A DNA stretch of 64,000 nucleotides from Bacteroidota bacterium (GTDB lineage Bacteria > Bacteroidota > Bacteroidia > Bacteroidales > F082), in contig JAERTF010000154.1 in NCBI GenBank assembly GCA_016845105.1, positions 25,311-89,310 of the forward strand. Reading direction: 5' to 3'. Shown in pieces: positions 17,016-26,125 of this stretch. A program made the translations under genes and the position numbers. The notes beneath the pieces were generated by a model that saw nothing but the letters and a program-made list of their open reading frames with translations, ran no database searches and had not been told where the DNA came from. How positions within the stretch are numbered: position 1 is the stretch's first letter; each line of letters opens with the position of its first letter.

Positions 17016-19736
17016 CTAATGAATAACTTTTCTTGTTATTATATTACCATCTTTAATCATCGAAACAATAGTTAGTCCAGTATTGTTATATACTGGAATA
17101 TGGTTTTTGTTTGATAGTAATTTTCCGGTATAAATAGATTGCCCAACGATATTAGTTATTCTTACATTTGCTCCTATCATCGCATCAGAATTCTCAATGA
17201 TTATTCTGTCCTTCTGGCTGTATAATCTAATATTTTCATCCTCATTGTTATTAATACCAACTGTTCCCCAATCGTTAAAAGTGATATCATCAATAAAACC
17301 TCCATATCCCGATATAGTATTCATATGGAATCCTAAGAATATTATTCCATCTTCTTCGGGGAATAGCATAGAACTAGCTTCTTCCCAATCGCCATTAAAA
17401 TCAGTATCTTCGAATAATAAGTTTGTAAGGTCCTCAACATAAGGAGTATTACCCCAATATAAAGACATTGACTCGCTACTACCACCAATTAATGGACGGT
17501 ACATATATCTGATGTTATATTCATTGGATGCAGATACGTTAAATGGAGGTGAGATAAACCAATTATCATAATCCATTTGAACAAATCCTGTCGTATTGTA
17601 ACATGCCATTGCATTATTCCCCGAATTACTTACCAAATCAGAGCTTATCCAATTTGCTTCAGAAAATGAATTGTCTTGCCAAAAGTCAGGTAGTTCTGGG
17701 ATGGATACGTCTTCGATATCAGCTACATAAGGAAATTCAGAAATTGCCTCCATTGTAGTAAATGACCATATTTCATTGCAATCTAAAGCAACCCCAACAC
17801 TATTACGCGGTACAATTTGTACATAGTAAGTTGTATTAGCCTCAAGCATTGTTGAGAAATTATTTGAAATGTAGTTATCGCCATTAATTACGTTTGTTGG
17901 AGTAGTTGTTCCATTACCATCCGTGCCTAAATAAACATCATAACTGCTGGCGAACAAGGCATTTCTCCATGTTACATTATGGTTTAGGAAAGCATTAATT
18001 CCACCATCTTCAGGTGATAATAAGCCAGTTGAACATTCTGGCAATGAAGTGTACTCATCAATACCACTAACAATAATTGAAAAAACCTGACCGCCTCCTA
18101 CTAATGATCCATCATGGTCAACAGTAATTGTATAAGTACCAGGTTCTGCATCTTCAATATATACCATTTCAACATTGTCAACATAATTTTTTCCATCGGT
18201 TGTTGCTGCAGCTGAAGGGTTATCACGGTCGAGGCTATAGGGAAAGAAAGCACCCTGACTATCACTTATTCGTAAATCAAGATCATTGATTAACATTGGG
18301 TCGCTTGGGTTTAACTGAGGTGATGTTGGTGTACCCGGATTGTCTGTCCAGCAAATGGTAACCCTTAAGTCTCTGCCCTCCGGAACCACAATACTTCTTG
18401 AATAAGTATCACCATTAGGTAAAACTATTTCATCAATCACATTTTGACCTTCGTTATCAGATATTACTTCTGCAGCTCTTTCGGTGTTCATTAATCCCCA
18501 ACCAAATATGTAATCTGGGCCATCATGTTCACCAGCTTCATCGGCAGTGTGTAGGACTAGAGCTTTCAGAGTTGAAGCTCTCATTCTGTCACCAAAAATA
18601 TTTTGATAATGCAGTTGTAATAAGGCCATAGATCCTGATACATTTGGTGCTGACATTGAAGTTCCTTGTAAAGAGGCATAATCATTATTACTACCATCCA
18701 TTGTTGAATAAACATCAACACCTTTACCAACTATATCTGGCTTTATTCTACCATCATCAGCTGGTCCCCAGCAACTAAAGCTACTCATGGTTACACTTTC
18801 AGGGCCAGTATAATTTGACACTTCATTAACTGCACCAACCGTTAACAAGTTTTTTGCAATTCCTTTGGGAGATATACAGTCATAACCATCTAAACCACCA
18901 TCTATCTCAGGTTCTCCATTACCAGCATTAGAGGGGCCATCTCCACGATCATTACCTGCAGATTTAACAATCAAATAATAAGGTGCATTAAAAGCAATAT
19001 TATCCCACTGTCTTGATCCTGAGTCATAAAAACCAAATTTGTAATCTTCGTCAGGAGACACACTTGAGGTTCCCCGCCATATCCAGTTACCGTTGCTATT
19101 GTCCCATCCTTGGGGAACGCCATATGAGTGGTTCGAAATTTCAAGACCACTTGCAGCGGCGGCTGCCATTTCTGATTCATCATTCGACCATTGCCATGCT
19201 TTTAAATTGCCACCATATGCCATTCCTTTTGCATTTGATGTAATACCTGCTGCTACCATTGTTCCAGCAACATGGGTGGCATGATAGTGTGTTGATGAGG
19301 CACCATCCATTTGAGTAACTCTGGAGGCCCCTTGGTCGGTAAACTCCTGGTGAGATAAACGAACACCACCAGCATCCCATTCACCAAGTTGTGAGTATCC
19401 AACACCCGACAACTCTAACCCAGTGTTTCCACCTTCCCATATTTCATTGGCTCTTGTTGTTACTGCGGCTCCATAATTATCTGTTTTATAGTAAATAGGT
19501 TTGCCGTCAATAACATCTACCATCTGGTAATAAGCTCCTTCTGGTGATTCAAATATTATTGAAGTTTTGTTTATTGTAGCGTAATCAGCAACTCGTTGTT
19601 CCTTTTCTTTCCATTCTTGATCAAGTTGTTTGGATATTTCCAGAAGTTTTTTTGTATTAGTAACTAGTTGGGCTAATACTTGACTCGATATAAATACAAA
19701 TAGAAGTAATATTAGATAATTAGTAATTCTTTTCAT
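17016..19736 (-). CDS. S8 (subtilisin-family) serine peptidase with P-domain-like region and T9SS C-terminal sorting domain
   Basis: 906 aa with a signal peptide. The catalytic motifs are GEWDAGGV (Asp), HATHVAGTM (His) and GTSMSAPNVSG (Ser). ICWTDNPG...DLDLRI is P-domain-like. The last 80 aa or so (IRITNIVGQSIYTGKL...LTIVSMIKDGNIITRKVI) look like a Por/T9SS CTD. Confidence 0.85.
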   Translation of the reverse strand: MKRITNYLILLLFVFISSQVLAQLVTNTKKLLEISKQLDQEWKEKEQRVADYATINKTSIIFESPEGAYYQMVDVIDGKPIYYKTDNYGAAVTTRANEIWEGGNTGLELSGVGYSQLGEWDAGGVRLSHQEFTDQGASRVTQMDGASSTHYHATHVAGTMVAAGITSNAKGMAYGGNLKAWQWSNDESEMAAAAASGLEISNHSYGVPQGWDNSNGNWIWRGTSSVSPDEDYKFGFYDSGSRQWDNIAFNAPYYLIVKSAGNDRGDGPSNAGNGEPEIDGGLDGYDCISPKGIAKNLLTVGAVNEVSNYTGPESVTMSSFSCWGPADDGRIKPDIVGKGVDVYSTMDGSNNDYASLQGTSMSAPNVSGSMALLQLHYQNIFGDRMRASTLKALVLHTADEAGEHDGPDYIFGWGLMNTERAAEVISDNEGQNVIDEIVLPNGDTYSRSIVVPEGRDLRVTICWTDNPGTPTSPQLNPSDPMLINDLDLRISDSQGAFFPYSLDRDNPSAAATTDGKNYVDNVEMVYIEDAEPGTYTITVDHDGSLVGGGQVFSIIVSGIDEYTSLPECSTGLLSPEDGGINAFLNHNVTWRNALFASSYDVYLGTDGNGTTTPTNVINGDNYISNNFSTMLEANTTYYVQIVPRNSVGVALDCNEIWSFTTMEAISEFPYVADIEDVSIPELPDFWQDNSFSEANWISSDLVSNSGNNAMACYNTTGFVQMDYDNWFISPPFNVSASNEYNIRYMYRPLIGGSSESMSLYWGNTPYVEDLTNLLFEDTDFNGDWEEASSMLFPEEDGIIFLGFHMNTISGYGGFIDDITFNDWGTVGINNNEDENIRLYSQKDRIIIENSDAMIGANVRITNIVGQSIYTGKLLSNKNHIPVYNNTGLTIVSMIKDGNIITRKVIH

Positions 19737-19764
19737 TTGGCTAGTTTAATTATTGTTTAGTCTG

Positions 19765-19772
19765 CAAATATA
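19765..19772 (-). promoter_or_regulatory. Candidate -7 box TATATTTG for the S8 peptidase gene
   Basis: The + strand CAAATATA is TATATTTG on the minus strand, 28 nt upstream of ATG 19736. Confidence 0.35.
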
Positions 19773-19871
19773 ACGTTTGCGAAGATAATATTATTAATAT
19801 AAGACGCAGCAACCATACAATCCTTACTAAAAAGTTAAAAAAATGTAGTTTAGTTATTGTTTTTCATTTTT

Positions 19872-19879
19872 TATCTTTG
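19872..19879 (+). promoter_or_regulatory. Candidate -7 box TATCTTTG for pfp
   Basis: Exact TAnnTTTG match, 28 nt upstream of ATG 19908. Confidence 0.4.
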
Positions 19880-19907
19880 CACTCTAAATAAATTATAAAC
19901 TAGGAAA

Positions 19908-21125
19908 ATGAAAGAATCGATAGCAATACTCTGCGGCGGTGGCCCTGCACCAGGTATTAACTCAGTAATTAGTTCTGTGTCACTTGTTTTTTTGAAATCA
20001 GGATACAGAGTAATTGGAATTCATGAAGGATATAAAGGACTTTTTGCACAAAATCCTACAACCATTGATATAGATTTTAATTTTGCTGATGATATTCATA
20101 AGCAAGGTGGCTCAGCTCTTCAGATGAGTAGGCATAAACCTAAGGATAGCGAATTCTCAACAAAATTTTTTACAGATAATAATGTTCAACTTCTTGTTAC
20201 AATTGGTGGCGACGATACTGCTTCAACTGCAAATCGAATTTCAAAATATTTACGGAAAAACGATGTAAGCATTCAGAATATTCACGTGCCAAAAACAATA
20301 GATAACGATTTACCACTTCCTCCCGGAATACCAACTTTTGGTTATCATTCTGCAAAACAGGAGGGTGTTAGAATTTCACAAACAATATACGAGGATGCTC
20401 GCACCAGTGGAAATTGGTTTGTGCTCTCAGCAATGGGGCGTGAAGCCGGACACTTAGCTTTTGGTATAGGGGCGGCGTGTCATTTTCCAATGATTATTAT
20501 TCCGGAAATGTTTGATAAAGTTGAGGTTACATTCGATAGAATTGTCAACCTTGTGATCTCGGCAATAGTAAAGAGGAAAATTGAAGGCATTGATTATGGC
20601 GTAGCTATTATTAGTGAAGGTGTTTTTCACTTCATGAGTGATGAAGAGATAGAAAATTCAGGAATTGACTTTACCTATGATGATCACGGACACCCTGAGT
20701 TAGGCAATGTTAGCAAGGCCCATATATTTAATGTGTTGTTGCAAAATAGATTAAAAGATTTGGGTATCAGTGTAAAAAGTCGTCCAGTGGAACTAGGTTA
20801 TGAGCTTAGATGTGTTCAACCAACCGCTTATGATCTTATGTACTGTGGTATGCTAGGTTTTGGCGTTAAAAAATTATACGACGAAGGAAGAACAGGTTGT
20901 ATGGTTACAGCAGATACTGTTGGCAAAATCAGACCCCTTTATTTGGATGATGTTGCTGATGAACAAGGCAAAGTTCAACCACGTCTAGTTGATATGCAGG
21001 GTGATAAATCACAGATGGTTTTTAATGATGGATTGCAATTTGTTGAACCTGGTGATTTTTCTAAAGCAAAGAATTTTATCGAAGATCCTGCCGAATTAGA
21101 TTTTAGAGCAATTTTAGGGTGGTAA
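19908..21125 (+). CDS. pfp: Phosphofructokinase, pyrophosphate-dependent type by signature residues
   Basis: 405 aa of the PFK family (GGGPAPGINSVI). It has GGDDT rather than GGDGS, and PKTIDND rather than PGTIDND, at the two positions known to discriminate PPi from ATP. Confidence 0.8.
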   Translation: MKESIAILCGGGPAPGINSVISSVSLVFLKSGYRVIGIHEGYKGLFAQNPTTIDIDFNFADDIHKQGGSALQMSRHKPKDSEFSTKFFTDNNVQLLVTIGGDDTASTANRISKYLRKNDVSIQNIHVPKTIDNDLPLPPGIPTFGYHSAKQEGVRISQTIYEDARTSGNWFVLSAMGREAGHLAFGIGAACHFPMIIIPEMFDKVEVTFDRIVNLVISAIVKRKIEGIDYGVAIISEGVFHFMSDEEIENSGIDFTYDDHGHPELGNVSKAHIFNVLLQNRLKDLGISVKSRPVELGYELRCVQPTAYDLMYCGMLGFGVKKLYDEGRTGCMVTADTVGKIRPLYLDDVADEQGKVQPRLVDMQGDKSQMVFNDGLQFVEPGDFSKAKNFIEDPAELDFRAILGW

Positions 21126-21126
21126 T

Positions 21127-21594
21127 CTAAAGCTCTTTCTCAAGTTTTTCAATCTCTTTTTTTCCTGATAGGAGTGGCATTACAATGGTAGTATCATTTA
21201 CTACATGGAATTCAGATTTCTTATATGTTGGTGGAGATTTTGGTTTATGATTATAATCCGAAACACAAACTGGCTCTACGGGTATCCCAAAAATGCCTGT
21301 ATCTAGTTTCCCATTATTGTTTAAATCTTGAAAACCAGCAGCAGCATAATAACCATTTGGAACTTTCATTATAATTCTTAGAGATTTCTTTTTGGGAACA
21401 ATAATCGCAGAATCGACGGCATTGGTCTTTTTTTTTAAGTCCTTTGAAGAATTATAAATACCAACATATAGTTTTGTGTCGAAAGACTTAATGTTAGTTA
21501 TCTCAAGAGTGACTTTTTTTATTGAGGAGCTTTTTTGTCCACTCACCGACAATGAAGTAATAATTAAGAATGCAATAATAGCATGTAATTTCAT
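21127..21594 (-). CDS. DUF2141-family secreted protein
   Basis: 155 aa with a signal peptide. GYYAAAGFQDLNNNGKLDTGIFGIPVEPVCVSDY...SPPTYKKSEF matches the remembered DUF2141 consensus (vfhDeN.NgklDtn.lGiP.E.ygfSn...gpP.f). Confidence 0.7.
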   Translation of the reverse strand: MKLHAIIAFLIITSLSVSGQKSSSIKKVTLEITNIKSFDTKLYVGIYNSSKDLKKKTNAVDSAIIVPKKKSLRIIMKVPNGYYAAAGFQDLNNNGKLDTGIFGIPVEPVCVSDYNHKPKSPPTYKKSEFHVVNDTTIVMPLLSGKKEIEKLEKEL

Positions 21595-21604
21595 ATATTA
21601 TGAT

Positions 21605-22903
21605 TTAAAATAAGTTTCTATGATCTATAAAGGTAATAGGTTTTCGTCCTCCATCCTTGGTTTGCATATATACAATATCAGTAGGTTCAAAAAACTGTAA
21701 TTCCGGGGCAACCCTGAGTTTCGCTCTAAAATTATCCTTTATTTTTTTCTCAGAGTTTTTTGAATGGTGGGAGCAGCCTACTTTAATTAGTAGTTCATCA
21801 ATTCCCAATTCGTTACTCGAAACTTCAACAATGTAATTTTCAATACATTCAATCTCATTCAATACATCATAAATGGAAGGAGGGTAAAGTGTTGTTCCTT
21901 TTAGTTTAATCATCTGTTGTTTACGACCAATAACAGGACCTAGTCTCATGGTATTTCTACCACATTCGCAGGGCTCAATATGATGGTAACAGATGTCTCC
22001 TGTTTTAAACCTTAGCAAAGGCATTCCCTCAACTCCAAGGTTTGTAATTGTTACTTCACCTGATTCATGATCCTTTACTCGATTGTTATTTTCATCTAGG
22101 AATTCAACAATAATCATTTCTGGATGATGATGTCCACCTTTACCAGCCTTACACTCTGTAAACGCAGTACCCATCTCAGTAGAAGCATAGGTTGAATATA
22201 GTTTTATATCCCAGTTATCTACTATTTTTTTTCCAAGTTGATTCAAAGAAAAGTCGGGGTTACGAATAGGTTCACCTATGCATATAGCTTTATTTATGCT
22301 AGATTCATTATAATCAATATTATTTGCAGATGCATATGAAATTAGTTTTGGAATAAATGAGGGAACAGTTACAAATCCAGTGGGATTGAATCTTTTTATC
22401 GACTCAAATTGAAGTTTTTGTAAGCCTGGTCCAGTCCTTATTATACCGGCTCCAAGTTTACGTAAACCTAAAAAATAGGCCATGCCAGCCATAAACCTTT
22501 TGTCGAGAGTTACCAATAGTTGATATTTATCTTTAGTAGTTGTGTCAGCACATGAAAATGATATTTGTTCATTATAGGCAAGTCGATCAAGATCACCATC
22601 TGTCATTCCAAAAGTAACAGGCTCACCCATTGTTCCAGATGTTGTTACATAGTCTATAATCTCATTGTGATCAACACAAAGAAAATCGTCGTTATATTTC
22701 TGGAGATCATCTTTTGTTGTTACAGGAATTTTTTCAAGATCTTCAATTGAAACTATTTCATTGATGTTTATATCATGTGAACTAAACATAGTTTTATAAA
22801 ACTTTGAGTTTTTCTGCAAATACTCCAAAGTATCCTTTAGTTTTCCTTCTTGGAATACTTTAATTTCTTCCAGAGACTTTTTCTCTATTTCAGGGATGAA
22901 CAT
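21605..22903 (-). CDS. Phenylacetate-CoA ligase / coenzyme F390 synthetase-like adenylate-forming enzyme
   Basis: 432 aa with a PaaK-like N-terminus (KIPVTTKDDL, TTSGTMGEPVTF in place of SSGTTGKPT). YSTYASTEMG and the overall length are typical of the PaaK/F390 family. Confidence 0.8.
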   Translation of the reverse strand: MFIPEIEKKSLEEIKVFQEGKLKDTLEYLQKNSKFYKTMFSSHDININEIVSIEDLEKIPVTTKDDLQKYNDDFLCVDHNEIIDYVTTSGTMGEPVTFGMTDGDLDRLAYNEQISFSCADTTTKDKYQLLVTLDKRFMAGMAYFLGLRKLGAGIIRTGPGLQKLQFESIKRFNPTGFVTVPSFIPKLISYASANNIDYNESSINKAICIGEPIRNPDFSLNQLGKKIVDNWDIKLYSTYASTEMGTAFTECKAGKGGHHHPEMIIVEFLDENNNRVKDHESGEVTITNLGVEGMPLLRFKTGDICYHHIEPCECGRNTMRLGPVIGRKQQMIKLKGTTLYPPSIYDVLNEIECIENYIVEVSSNELGIDELLIKVGCSHHSKNSEKKIKDNFRAKLRVAPELQFFEPTDIVYMQTKDGGRKPITFIDHRNLF

Positions 22904-22927
22904 AATCTATTGTTTCGTACTACACTT

Positions 22928-24625
22928 TCAATTTAATTCATTAATCTCGTTTATTCTTTCAACAACCAATTGTTTAGTTGTGGTATTCTCAAATTCTTTT
23001 TTTAGTGCATTGTTATAGTAGTTTAATGCCTTGTCAAATTGCTTATTTTCATAATAGTAATTTGCAGCAAGCACATACCCTTGATAATAGTTTGGATTAC
23101 TGGCAATTAAACTATCAATGACCATAACTTCATTATCTAACTTGTGGTTGTTTTTAAGATGAAGTTGAATATTGTTTCTTATCGTGCGGTATTTCTGTAG
23201 GTTAACAAATATATCACTGGCTATAAAGTTTGAAGTGGGTATGGTAAAAGAGGAATCATATAATATTGTTGATGAGTTTATTGCTAATTCTTCGTTAAAT
23301 ACATCCTTCAAATTATACATTAAATATTCACCAAATTGATATGGAGAGGTTGATACCCATACGTTATCCATTTCGGGTTGAAAAATAACACTGTGATGAG
23401 AAATCATTTGGGCCATTGCTTTTTCATTGCCAAGCCCTATGCTTAGGTCATCTAAACCCTGATAATTTCGCAGAATTTCAGCGGCTTCATTAAAATCAAT
23501 GTTTTCATAGTGACTGATTAGCTGCTCACATCTTTGCTGTCGATAGCTTGATGCAGATTCAGTAATATACTTACTATTATTTTCGTCATCCTTAAATACA
23601 TCACTTTGAAAATGGTTTGAACAAACCAATGAGGCATTTTTCGAATTAAATAATCCAAGTTTTGAAGGTGATTTTTCGATAATAGTTATGTTATTATCAA
23701 ATGCCGACCCAATGAAAATTGACTCCGAAACAAAGGTGTTTCTTTTTTCTGCAATCTTAATTGCTTCGTCAATATTTCCTGCATACTGAAGAATTTCTCG
23801 CGCCAGCAATGATATGGGCATTGTTGCTTTGGTAGGAATATCTGATTTGGCTGCATTAATGGTAACCGTTAGCCCTTTTTCATTCATCCCCGAAACAACT
23901 CCAATCATGCTAGCCCATGTAACGTACATAAACTTATGACCCTGGTCTGGATTTACAAATGCAACAATTTTGTTTTTTGCAAAAGATTCATTTATATAGA
24001 AGTCGAAGTTGCGGCCAATAATCAATGAACTATCTTTTGAGCCTAAGTTTGAAGCAAACGATGTACAACCAACAAGAGCAAGGCTTTGTAAAGCATGACC
24101 AATATCATGAGCCCCATGATAGTTTAGCATTCGCTCATAATTGTTACCTATGTAATCATAACCATCTGATGCACCAAAAGACACTCCATATATTTCCTCA
24201 AGATACTCCTGTGGAATATGCTCATCAATATCACGATTAAACCAGCCTATGAAATATTTTAGAAATCGTAAATATGATTTTGATGGAATAAGTGTATTTA
24301 TTTGTTCGACAAAAGCATCTTCCTGTATTTTAATCAGCTCTTTGGTTAGTTTTCCATTTATTACACCTATTTCAAATGGATTACCTTCAAGGTACATTTC
24401 CCACAAACCATAACTATTTTTCCTAAGCCAGCTATTTCCTATTGTATAAAAATCCGGAGATGGGTTAATACGTTCCAAACTTAATACAGATATGTTATCC
24501 ACTTTAGGAGGATTGATGTCTGTTTTAATATTATATGTAACTATAATTCCTAATATTAAAACAATCAATACAATAACTGTATTACGAATTAATTTCCACC
24601 ACCTATTTTTCTTATTTGATCGCAT
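22928..24625 (-). CDS. Membrane-anchored C45-family (acyl-CoA:6-APA acyltransferase-like) Ntn protein with C-terminal TPR-like segment
   Basis: 565 aa with an N-terminal TM segment (VIVLIVLILGIIVTY). It has a Gly-Cys processing/nucleophile site in LALVGCTSFAS, and a C-terminal YQGYVLAANYYYENKQFDKALNYYNNALK that is TPR-like. It overlaps the upstream gene by 14 nt. Confidence 0.6.
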   Translation of the reverse strand: MRSNKKNRWWKLIRNTVIVLIVLILGIIVTYNIKTDINPPKVDNISVLSLERINPSPDFYTIGNSWLRKNSYGLWEMYLEGNPFEIGVINGKLTKELIKIQEDAFVEQINTLIPSKSYLRFLKYFIGWFNRDIDEHIPQEYLEEIYGVSFGASDGYDYIGNNYERMLNYHGAHDIGHALQSLALVGCTSFASNLGSKDSSLIIGRNFDFYINESFAKNKIVAFVNPDQGHKFMYVTWASMIGVVSGMNEKGLTVTINAAKSDIPTKATMPISLLAREILQYAGNIDEAIKIAEKRNTFVSESIFIGSAFDNNITIIEKSPSKLGLFNSKNASLVCSNHFQSDVFKDDENNSKYITESASSYRQQRCEQLISHYENIDFNEAAEILRNYQGLDDLSIGLGNEKAMAQMISHHSVIFQPEMDNVWVSTSPYQFGEYLMYNLKDVFNEELAINSSTILYDSSFTIPTSNFIASDIFVNLQKYRTIRNNIQLHLKNNHKLDNEVMVIDSLIASNPNYYQGYVLAANYYYENKQFDKALNYYNNALKKEFENTTTKQLVVERINEINELN

Positions 24626-26111
24626 TAATTTCTTTTAGTAGATTATTGGTTCCAACAAATTCTCCACAGGTGAGTATAGCGCTTAAGCTTACACCTAACA
24701 TACCATGTAGGTTTAAATTTTGACCGGTAAAAAATAAGTTCTTAATTTTAGTTCGAGGTGATATATATGATCCAATGGGCATTTTATAATCGCGAAGAGT
24801 GCCATACATAGATCCATTGGGAGTGCCCAGGTAATCATTGTATGTTAATGGTGTTGATACATTGTAACAAACTATGTTATCTTTTATTTGGGGAAATGTT
24901 TTGTCAACCAATTGAATCAACTGTTCAGCCTTCTTGTTCTTAAAATCGATGTAATCCTTACCTCGTTTATTAATGGGGAGATCTTTCCATTGAGATACTT
25001 CCTCGAATTTCATATGAGTTAGCAAACCTATACAATTGGTGTATTCACTGCCATTTTCTGGGGTTCCACAATGCATAAAATAATGTTCTGGCCAATTCTT
25101 TTCATCATAGTATGAAGCATACCAAACATCGTTTTTTTTATAATAATTGTAGTTTGCATTAATGTATTTAAACGAATCTTTTTTCAATTTAATGTGAACT
25201 GCAAATGCCGAAAGAGTGTTCTCTTTTCTCTTCATTCTATTCTTAAACGATTTCTTAATATCTCCCTCGTTAATCAAATCCATTGTAGACGCTGGATGAA
25301 TATTTGATATAATATGGTCGGCGGAATATTCACTTCCATCTGTAGTTCGAACACCAGTTACAATGTCATTTTCGATAACAAGGTTTTCGACTCCATTATT
25401 TGTACAAATGTTGCCACCATTTTCAATAATTTCGTTTGCCAATTTTGTAGCAATTTGTGATGAACTGCCAACTACTCGATAAGAACTAGATATGAAATGA
25501 TTGTTTATTAGAGCATGTATATAGAATGGTGACTTTTCTTTAACTCCGGCATAAACAAAGTTAAGAGCGCTAAGTACCTGTTGTAACTCAGTATTAGAGG
25601 TTATTGATTTGATATGATCCCATGCGTTTAATTCTAAATATTTTCCTACTTTTTCAGATCTGTTTTGTGTGCTTTTAAGCAGATAGATATCTTGGGTGTC
25701 AATAGTATTGATAATTTCGGAAAAATAGTTATCTATGGCAATTTTTTCATCTGGGAATAAGCCATACAAATATTTTTTGAGATTTTCATAACCGATGGGA
25801 TAGTTATATTCTTTTCCTCCAATGTTAAAAATATCAAAGCCATTTTCGTCAAGGCGTTTGTACTTGATTCCATCAAAAAGATTAAAGTGTTTGAAAATTT
25901 TATTTAAGGTTTGGCCTTCATCCAGACTACCCATATAGTGCATTCCTGTGCTAAATGTGCAACCTTTTCTGTTAAAAGATTGAAGAGAGCCTCCAATTTG
26001 ATGATTTTTTTCAAGGACCAAAACTCTATAGCCTTTACGACTAAGAATCACCCCACTTAGCAATCCTCCAAGACCACTACCAATTATTATTTTATCGTAT
26101 TTTTCTGTCAA
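24612..26111 (-). CDS. NAD(P)/FAD-dependent oxidoreductase, phytoene-desaturase-like
   Basis: 499 aa with the Rossmann motif IIIGSGLGGLLSGVILSRKGYRVLVLEKNHQIGG at codons 8-41. The only possible canonical initiator upstream of it is TTG at 26109-26111. Confidence 0.8.
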   Translation of the reverse strand: MTEKYDKIIIGSGLGGLLSGVILSRKGYRVLVLEKNHQIGGSLQSFNRKGCTFSTGMHYMGSLDEGQTLNKIFKHFNLFDGIKYKRLDENGFDIFNIGGKEYNYPIGYENLKKYLYGLFPDEKIAIDNYFSEIINTIDTQDIYLLKSTQNRSEKVGKYLELNAWDHIKSITSNTELQQVLSALNFVYAGVKEKSPFYIHALINNHFISSSYRVVGSSSQIATKLANEIIENGGNICTNNGVENLVIENDIVTGVRTTDGSEYSADHIISNIHPASTMDLINEGDIKKSFKNRMKRKENTLSAFAVHIKLKKDSFKYINANYNYYKKNDVWYASYYDEKNWPEHYFMHCGTPENGSEYTNCIGLLTHMKFEEVSQWKDLPINKRGKDYIDFKNKKAEQLIQLVDKTFPQIKDNIVCYNVSTPLTYNDYLGTPNGSMYGTLRDYKMPIGSYISPRTKIKNLFFTGQNLNLHGMLGVSLSAILTCGEFVGTNNLLKEINAIK

Positions 26112-26125
26112 ATTATTTGTTTAGT

